Assembly: GCA_045863235.1 (NCBI GenBank)
Contig: BTUM01000008.1
Span: forward strand, 59,574-123,573
Length of the DNA stretch: 64,000 bases
Direction: 5' to 3'
DNA from: Candidatus Xenobia bacterium
Lineage (GTDB): Bacteria > Vulcanimicrobiota > Xenobia > Xenobiales > QWHO01
Part shown: one piece after another, positions 58,532 to 64,000 of the stretch
Layout of the letters: the number at the start of each line of letters is the position of its first letter
Numbering within the stretch: position 1 is the stretch's first letter
Notes under the pieces: generated by a model
The model's input: only the letters and a program-made list of their open reading frames with translations
Databases searched by the model: none
Told to the model about the DNA's origin: nothing
Program-made: the position numbers and the translations under genes

Positions 58532-59026
58532 GTGGTTCTACTTGCCCTGGGCTGGCTGCTGGCCGATCAAGGCAGCAAGTGGCTCGTCCAGAGCCACTTG
58601 AAGCTGCACGAAAGCCAGACGACCCCGGGCGACTGGCTGCTCTGGACCCACGTGCACAACCGGGGAGGGGCATTCGGCCTGTTTCCCGGGGCCAGCTTGC
58701 TCTTTCTCGGCACCGGGGTCGGCGTCATCGCGGTCTTGCTGTGGACCTTACCGCGCACCCGCAGCCTCGACTGGGCCAGCGCAGTCGCTTACGGGCTGAT
58801 CATGGGCGGCGCGCTGGGCAATCTGCTGGATCGGCTCCGCCTCGGCTACGTGGTCGACTTCATCGACCTCAATTTTCGACCTCTGGTCACATGGCCTGTC
58901 TTCAACGTGGCCGACATCGGCATCTCGACTGGAATCGGGCTGTTGATCCTCACTTCCATCTGGCCGTCGCGTAGCCCGCGTCCGGCTCCAGAGAGTAGCT
59001 CCACGCATACTGAAAGCTCAGAGTGA
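58532..59026 (+). CDS. lspA: lipoprotein signal peptidase II
   Basis: DQGSK, NRGGAFG, GGALGNLLDR, VVDFI, FNVAD. Confidence 0.95.
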   Translation: MVLLALGWLLADQGSKWLVQSHLKLHESQTTPGDWLLWTHVHNRGGAFGLFPGASLLFLGTGVGVIAVLLWTLPRTRSLDWASAVAYGLIMGGALGNLLDRLRLGYVVDFIDLNFRPLVTWPVFNVADIGISTGIGLLILTSIWPSRSPRPAPESSSTHTESSE

Positions 59027-59372
59027 TCTCACTTTCGCCCATCGAAAGGCGTTTCTCTTGTCCGGCCGTAACCAGGGTCAACCCTTCGGGGGTGATGCGC
59101 AAAACCCGAGTGCCTTCGAAGAAATCGCCCACATGCAGGATGCGGCTCTTCCCTCCGTAGCAGACGATGGCGGTGCAAGCACCATCTGACTCGAGCACCC
59201 CGGTCAGATTGAGATCGAGCCGACCCTGAGCGGGAGTTCGCGGCCGAACCGGCACGAACGGGTCCCGCAGGTTGTGGGTCTGAGCCAGCGAGGGACTGGC
59301 CAGGGTTGTGCACAGCAAGAGCCCAAGGCAAGCAAATCTCACGAAACCCCCATCTGACGGCAAGATGACCAT
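58950..59372 (-). CDS. PilP/GspC-like secreted type IV pilus accessory protein
   Basis: Signal peptide, RDPF motif, L.GVL...G...AIV...VGD pattern; adjacent to pil genes; start may be GTG 59342. Confidence 0.55.
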   Translation of the reverse strand: MVILPSDGGFVRFACLGLLLCTTLASPSLAQTHNLRDPFVPVRPRTPAQGRLDLNLTGVLESDGACTAIVCYGGKSRILHVGDFFEGTRVLRITPEGLTLVTAGQEKRLSMGESEITLSFQYAWSYSLEPDAGYATARWK

Positions 59373-59394
59373 ACGGTCGCAAACCGGGGCAACC

Positions 59395-60660
59395 TTATTT
59401 CTTCCGCCGCCGAATTCGAGTGCGGTGACCCAGCAGCCGAATCAAGTGCTCGCGGCCCCCCTCACCAAAGCCATCGAAGACCAACCCGCAGCCTTCTCCA
59501 ACCCGTGACCAGACCACGTGGCCCACCGCCCGCACGGGCGGGTCGAAGCCCATAGTGACCTCCAGGCTGTCCCCCACCCGCAGGTCTACGTCAGGAATGG
59601 CCATTCCCCCGGCGGAGACTTCGGCGATGCGGTGCAGGACCTGGCCTGTAGGCGAGCCCAGCGACACTCCGACGGTCAGCCCCAGGCGCGGGAAGTTGCG
59701 CCGTTCCTCTCCCAGGAACTCGGACTGAAGACTGACCCGGTTTCGCCCCGCCGATTTGGCACGATAGAGGGCTTCGTCAGCCCTTGCGAGCAGCCAGTTG
59801 ATCACCTCTTCGTCGCCCGGGGAGTGACCCCAATCATCGTTGCTCGGGCGAGACTGATACCAGGACACCCCGATGCTCACGGTGACTTTTTCCTGCCGGC
59901 ACTCTCGCTCCACCGCCCGACGCAGCTTTTCGGCAACCTGGGCGGCACCATTGGGGCTGGTGGAAGGCAAGATGACCACGAACTCCTCTCCCCCAAATCG
60001 AGCCACGACGTCGCCCTTTCGGGTCATCGAGTAGATCAGCGAGGCGACGTCGCGCAGGATTCGATCGCCTTCAAGATGGCCCAAACGGTCATTGACGGCC
60101 TTGAAGTGGTCCACGTCCAGCATCAGGCAAGCCAGAACCGGGGGACCTGGGCGAGAGAAACGCGACACGTGCTGACGCATCGACTCGAACAAATAGCGAC
60201 GCGAAAAGACTCCAGTCAGCTCGTCGCGCACCATGCGATCACGCAGGGCGATATGGCTGCGATAAATGGTCAACTGGGCCCCGATGCGTGCTGTGAGCAG
60301 CGCCGGCGAGCAAGGCTCGACCACGAAATCGTTGGCGCCGGCCTCCAATCCCTGAATCAAAGCCTCCTCGGACAGAGGTCGGGGACTGTAGAAGATGGTC
60401 GGAACGTGAACCAGGCTTTCATCCTGGCGCAACTTTCGACAGGCATCCGGTCCCAGTTGGCTGCTGAGCACGAAGAGCAGGGGGAACCAGGTCTGCGCCA
60501 GGCTCAAAGCTCGAGCGACGGTGGGCGCCCCCTCGACCTCAAAGCCCATGGCGACCAGCTGGCCTTTCAGGGGATCCAACCCCGGGCCAACCAGCAGCAG
60601 ACGAGCGGGATGCTCGACCAGCATTGATACCACACTGGGCTTGGCGGTAGCGTTCTTCAC
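59395..60660 (-). CDS. diguanylate cyclase: degenerate REC + GGDEF + PilZ
   Basis: DELTG, DVDHFKAVND..GH..GD, RKGD I-site, RFGGEEF, AD.ALY.AK..GRNR; RRNFPR...EVSAGG PilZ; start may be ATG 60624. Confidence 0.92.
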   Translation of the reverse strand: MKNATAKPSVVSMLVEHPARLLLVGPGLDPLKGQLVAMGFEVEGAPTVARALSLAQTWFPLLFVLSSQLGPDACRKLRQDESLVHVPTIFYSPRPLSEEALIQGLEAGANDFVVEPCSPALLTARIGAQLTIYRSHIALRDRMVRDELTGVFSRRYLFESMRQHVSRFSRPGPPVLACLMLDVDHFKAVNDRLGHLEGDRILRDVASLIYSMTRKGDVVARFGGEEFVVILPSTSPNGAAQVAEKLRRAVERECRQEKVTVSIGVSWYQSRPSNDDWGHSPGDEEVINWLLARADEALYRAKSAGRNRVSLQSEFLGEERRNFPRLGLTVGVSLGSPTGQVLHRIAEVSAGGMAIPDVDLRVGDSLEVTMGFDPPVRAVGHVVWSRVGEGCGLVFDGFGEGGREHLIRLLGHRTRIRRRKK

Positions 60661-60740
60661 ACTGCTTGATTCTGGCCCCGGTGAGGGGGAGTCCTCTTCA
60701 GCCCGGAGAGGGTCTCCGCCCGAGCCCGCGAAGCCGCTCG

Positions 60741-61760
60741 TTGGTGTTCTGGACCAAGAAACCTCGTATCGGCCTCGACCTGGGCAGCTATGCCCTCAAA
60801 TGCTGTGTTCTCGACAGCAAAAGACAGTCGTGCTCGATCTGGAGTGAGGTGCTGTTGCCGAACCGCGAGTCCAGGGAGGACCGGCTCGAGGGCGAGGAGT
60901 TGCAGAGCCGGGTGCAGGCCATCTTGAAGGTTTGCGAGCAGCGCAGCAGTCACTGGTCGCGCCATGTCAACCTGTCGCTCGAGGACCCGGGCTGCGTGGG
61001 AGGCTACCTCGCGCTTCCGCCCCTGGCCCCGCAGGAGCTTCAAACTGCCATTCCGTCCGCCATCGCCAAGCAGATCCCCTACCCGCTCTCCGAGGTGGAG
61101 CTCTTCAACATGCGAGTGCCGGTCTTGAAGGGCAAAGGCGGCACGGGGATCTTCTTCGTGGCGGTTCCGCGAGGGCCCATGCAGGCGAGAGTCGCACTGC
61201 TCACCTCCCTGGGTCTGGAGGTCAAGTCAGCCGAGCCGGCCCTGCTGGCCCTGATCCGGGCTCTGGTGCGCAACCACGGCGACCTGACCGAGCCTATGGC
61301 GGTTGTGGTAGCCGGCCACTCGCTCACCAGCGTATTCGTGCTGCTGCAGGGCGTGCCTTACTTCGCGCGCGATTTCCGGCTGGGCGGCGCCGACTTCACC
61401 TACGCCTTCCAGATGGCCGTGCAGGTCAGTTGGCAACGGGCTGAGGAGCTCAAACACAAAAGTGATCTGCGCCAGGAACGCAGCTATCATCTCGAGCCCT
61501 TCCTGGTGCGGTGGATGGACGAAGTCAAACGCTCGCTTGACCAGGCCCGGAAACAGGACGAGGCGCTCGCAGTCGGCCGCCTGCTGCTGACCGGTGGAAC
61601 GGCCGCATTTATGGGCCTCGAAAGCCGCCTGCAGGAGCACCTGGGGCTGCCCGTCAGCACGGACGCCTGGAATCGCGTGCGGCACAGCTCGATTGCGGCT
61701 GAGGTCGATGACTCGCTGGTTCATTACGATCTGGCGCTCGGACTGGCTCTGCACGAATGA
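60741..61760 (+). CDS. pilM: type IV pilus assembly protein PilM-like
   Basis: IGLDLGS..LK, IPYPL, F.R....GG..FT, EVKRSL, LLTGG, ALGLAL; start uncertain (60666-60741). Confidence 0.8.
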   Translation: MVFWTKKPRIGLDLGSYALKCCVLDSKRQSCSIWSEVLLPNRESREDRLEGEELQSRVQAILKVCEQRSSHWSRHVNLSLEDPGCVGGYLALPPLAPQELQTAIPSAIAKQIPYPLSEVELFNMRVPVLKGKGGTGIFFVAVPRGPMQARVALLTSLGLEVKSAEPALLALIRALVRNHGDLTEPMAVVVAGHSLTSVFVLLQGVPYFARDFRLGGADFTYAFQMAVQVSWQRAEELKHKSDLRQERSYHLEPFLVRWMDEVKRSLDQARKQDEALAVGRLLLTGGTAAFMGLESRLQEHLGLPVSTDAWNRVRHSSIAAEVDDSLVHYDLALGLALHE

Positions 61761-63400
61761 GCGACTGGCTGGAGTGCCTGGATTCGGTCCCTACCGAAGC
61801 TCTCGAGGAGGCGCGCCGCTCGGGCACCCCCTACCGCTGCCTGCTCGATGCAGGCCTGGCCACGGTCGGGCAGCTCCAGGTGGCCCGCTCGCGCTACTAC
61901 AAGGTTCCCTCCCTGGAGCTAAGCCGCTACGTGCCCCATCCCGATTCGGTGGGCCTGCTGAGCGAGGAGCAGGCTCGCAAGCTGAAGGTTCTCCCTCTCT
62001 TCCAGGTCAAGGACCACCTCTACCTGGCCATTTCCGATCCGGAAGACCTGCGCACCCAGGATTTCGTAGCCAAACTGACGGGCATGGTGGTAGAGCCGGT
62101 GCTGGTCCTGCCCGAGGAGCTCGAGCAGGCCCTCAATCGCTGGTTGCTGACCGCCGACCGCGCCGGTCAGTTCATTCAGGAGATCGCTTCTGCCGCCCAG
62201 CCCCGCGCGGTGGACGGCAGCACCGAGGCGGGCCTGCTCGAGGACCGCGAAGCGCCCATCATCAAGCTGGTCGACCACATGCTCAGCCAGGCCATCCGCC
62301 TGGGGGCCAGCGACGTGCACCTGGAGGCCTTCGAAACCCGCACCCTCTTGCGCTATCGCATCGACGGCGTGCTGCACGAGTACCCTTCGCCCCCCAAGAG
62401 CATCTACGCCGGGGTCGTCTCGCGCATCAAGATCACGTCCGGCCTGGACATCTCCGAGCGCCGTCTGCCCCAGGACGGGCGCAGTTCGCTGGTCGTGGAC
62501 GGGCGCAAGTACGACCTGCGCGTCTCGGTCATCCCCAACCTGCACGGCGAGGGGGTGGTGATCCGCATCCTCAACCCCTACGCCCTCAAGCTCGACCTGG
62601 AGGCGCTGGGTTTCTCCCGGCAGTTGCTGGAGCGCTACGAGCGCCTCATCTCCAAGCCCTACGGCATCGTGCTGGTAACCGGGCCCACCGGCTCGGGCAA
62701 GTCCACCACCCTCTACTCCACCCTCAAGCGCGTCACCACGCTGGAGAAGAAGGTCATCACCCTGGAAGACCCCGTCGAGTACCAGCTCGAGGGCGTGACC
62801 CAGATCCAGATCCAGCCGGAGATCGGTTACACCTTCGCTTCCGGGCTCAAGGCCATCTTGCGCCACGACCCCGACATCGTGCTGGTGGGCGAGATGCGCG
62901 ACCTGGAGTCGTCTGAGATCGCCATTCGAGCCGCCCTGACCGGCCACCAGCTGTACTCCACCCTGCATACCAACAATGCTCCCCAGGCCATCACGCGCCT
63001 GGTCGACATGGGGGTGGCTCCCTACCAGGTCATGGCCTCGCTCAACGGAGTGCTGGCCCAGCGCCTGGTTCGGCGGCTGTGCGACCGCTGTAAGGTGGTG
63101 GACGAGCGCCCCTGCACGCACGAGGGGCTGGAAGTCTCACCCGGAGCCACCCTGTATCGCCCCGGCGGCTGCACCGAATGCCATCAACTCGGCTACAAAG
63201 GTCGGGTGGCCGTGTACGAGCTGCTCGAGCTGACCCCCTCCATTCGGGCCATGGACGTGGCCCGGATCACGCCCGAGGCCATCGTGGCTCTGGCCCGTCA
63301 GGACAACAGCTTCCTCTCCATGGCTCGAAATGCCGGCGAGAAGCTGGAGCAGGGAATTACCAGTTTGGAAGAAGCTCTCACCATCGTGATGGAGGACTGA
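61757..63400 (+). CDS. pilB: GspE/PilB-family assembly ATPase
   Basis: ASDVHLE, RIDG, LPQDG, GPTGSGKST, TLEDPVEY, LRHDPD..LVGEMRD, TGH..STLHTN, CxxC...CxxC. Confidence 0.93.
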   Translation: MSDWLECLDSVPTEALEEARRSGTPYRCLLDAGLATVGQLQVARSRYYKVPSLELSRYVPHPDSVGLLSEEQARKLKVLPLFQVKDHLYLAISDPEDLRTQDFVAKLTGMVVEPVLVLPEELEQALNRWLLTADRAGQFIQEIASAAQPRAVDGSTEAGLLEDREAPIIKLVDHMLSQAIRLGASDVHLEAFETRTLLRYRIDGVLHEYPSPPKSIYAGVVSRIKITSGLDISERRLPQDGRSSLVVDGRKYDLRVSVIPNLHGEGVVIRILNPYALKLDLEALGFSRQLLERYERLISKPYGIVLVTGPTGSGKSTTLYSTLKRVTTLEKKVITLEDPVEYQLEGVTQIQIQPEIGYTFASGLKAILRHDPDIVLVGEMRDLESSEIAIRAALTGHQLYSTLHTNNAPQAITRLVDMGVAPYQVMASLNGVLAQRLVRRLCDRCKVVDERPCTHEGLEVSPGATLYRPGGCTECHQLGYKGRVAVYELLELTPSIRAMDVARITPEAIVALARQDNSFLSMARNAGEKLEQGITSLEEALTIVMED

Positions 63401-64000
63401 TGCCCCGCTTTCGCTATGCAGCTGTCGACAAGGAAGGCCAGGTGCACAAAGGCACTCTGGAGGCGTCCGATCAAGGCGCCGCCCTGAACACTCTGTCCTC
63501 TCACTATGAGATGGTCACCACCCTCAAGGAGGCCGGGGCGGGGGGGCTGGCGATGATGGTGCGCCGGTTTCTGGGTCAGCGGGTCAAGACCGAGGACCTG
63601 CTCGGCTTCACCCAGGAGCTGGCAGCCGTGGTGGGAGCGGGCGTGACCCTGAAGGCGGGACTCGATCTCCTCTCGGAGGACACTCACAACCCCAAGTTGC
63701 AGCAGATCGTGGAGAAGGTTTCCCGCCACGTAGAAGGGGGCGGCACCCTCTCCGAGGCCATGCGCGAGCATCCGGAAGCCTTTCCGCGCTACTACTCCAG
63801 CCTGGTGGCCGCGGGGGAAACCTCGGGCACGCTGGCCGTGGTGCTCGACCGCCTGGCCCACCAGATCGAGAACTCGGAGATTCTGGCCGCCAAGGTTCGG
63901 GGCGCATTCTATTACCCCGGGATCATCCTGGCCTTTTCGGCCCTGCTCAGCTTCGTCATCATGACGGTGGGCATGCCCATGCTGGAGGGAATCTACAGCT
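63400..64000 (+). CDS. pilC: GspF/PilC-family inner-membrane platform protein, 3'-truncated by window edge
   Basis: ATG overlapping pilB TGA; MPRFRYAAVDKEG...G.LEA, FTQEL, G..LSEA..HP.AF, AGETSG.L, A.YYP. Confidence 0.9.
   Translation, partial: MPRFRYAAVDKEGQVHKGTLEASDQGAALNTLSSHYEMVTTLKEAGAGGLAMMVRRFLGQRVKTEDLLGFTQELAAVVGAGVTLKAGLDLLSEDTHNPKLQQIVEKVSRHVEGGGTLSEAMREHPEAFPRYYSSLVAAGETSGTLAVVLDRLAHQIENSEILAAKVRGAFYYPGIILAFSALLSFVIMTVGMPMLEGIYS

Noticed and set aside
58950-59026. 77-bp convergent overlap of lspA and the PilP-like gene as a regulatory feature
   Set aside because: Both overlapping tails lie beyond the recognisable domains; drifted stop codons in GC-rich DNA explain it.

Overview
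A 64-kb, GC-rich (roughly two-thirds G+C by eye) bacterial chromosomal segment, mostly housekeeping. It combines Firmicutes-like gene order (wecA/tagO-wecB-atp operon-murA-mreB/mbl; rplU-prp) with diderm envelope genes (TamB-like, MsbA-like). That mix suggests a diderm Terrabacteria lineage such as Eremiobacterota/Vulcanimicrobiota, which is my inference and unverified. Contents: a complete F1Fo ATP synthase operon, a Uma2 nuclease, a membrane Ser/Thr kinase, TamB, an OmpR-type two-component system followed by MoxR-DUF58-transglutaminase, a divergent stand-alone ftsZ, several c-di-GMP proteins, an amidase, a sugar-nucleotide/ABC cluster, nucleoside salvage genes, ftsA-nrdR, rplU-prp, lspA and the start of a type IV pilus/T2SS locus. 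I saw no rRNA, tRNA, CRISPR array or transposase. Most notable observations: (1) a HisRS paralog that has lost its ATP-binding residues, carries a ~335-aa charged disordered tail and sits behind a ~420-nt highly structured intergenic region; (2) two unrelated orphan proteins sharing an identically spaced C-terminal motif, a candidate export signal; (3) a 3x28-bp GGA-hairpin array in the rplU leader; (4) a CTG-initiated nrdR; (5) a glycine-zipper/Met-Gln-Pro prion-like protein; (6) a secreted protein built from 15-residue repeats.
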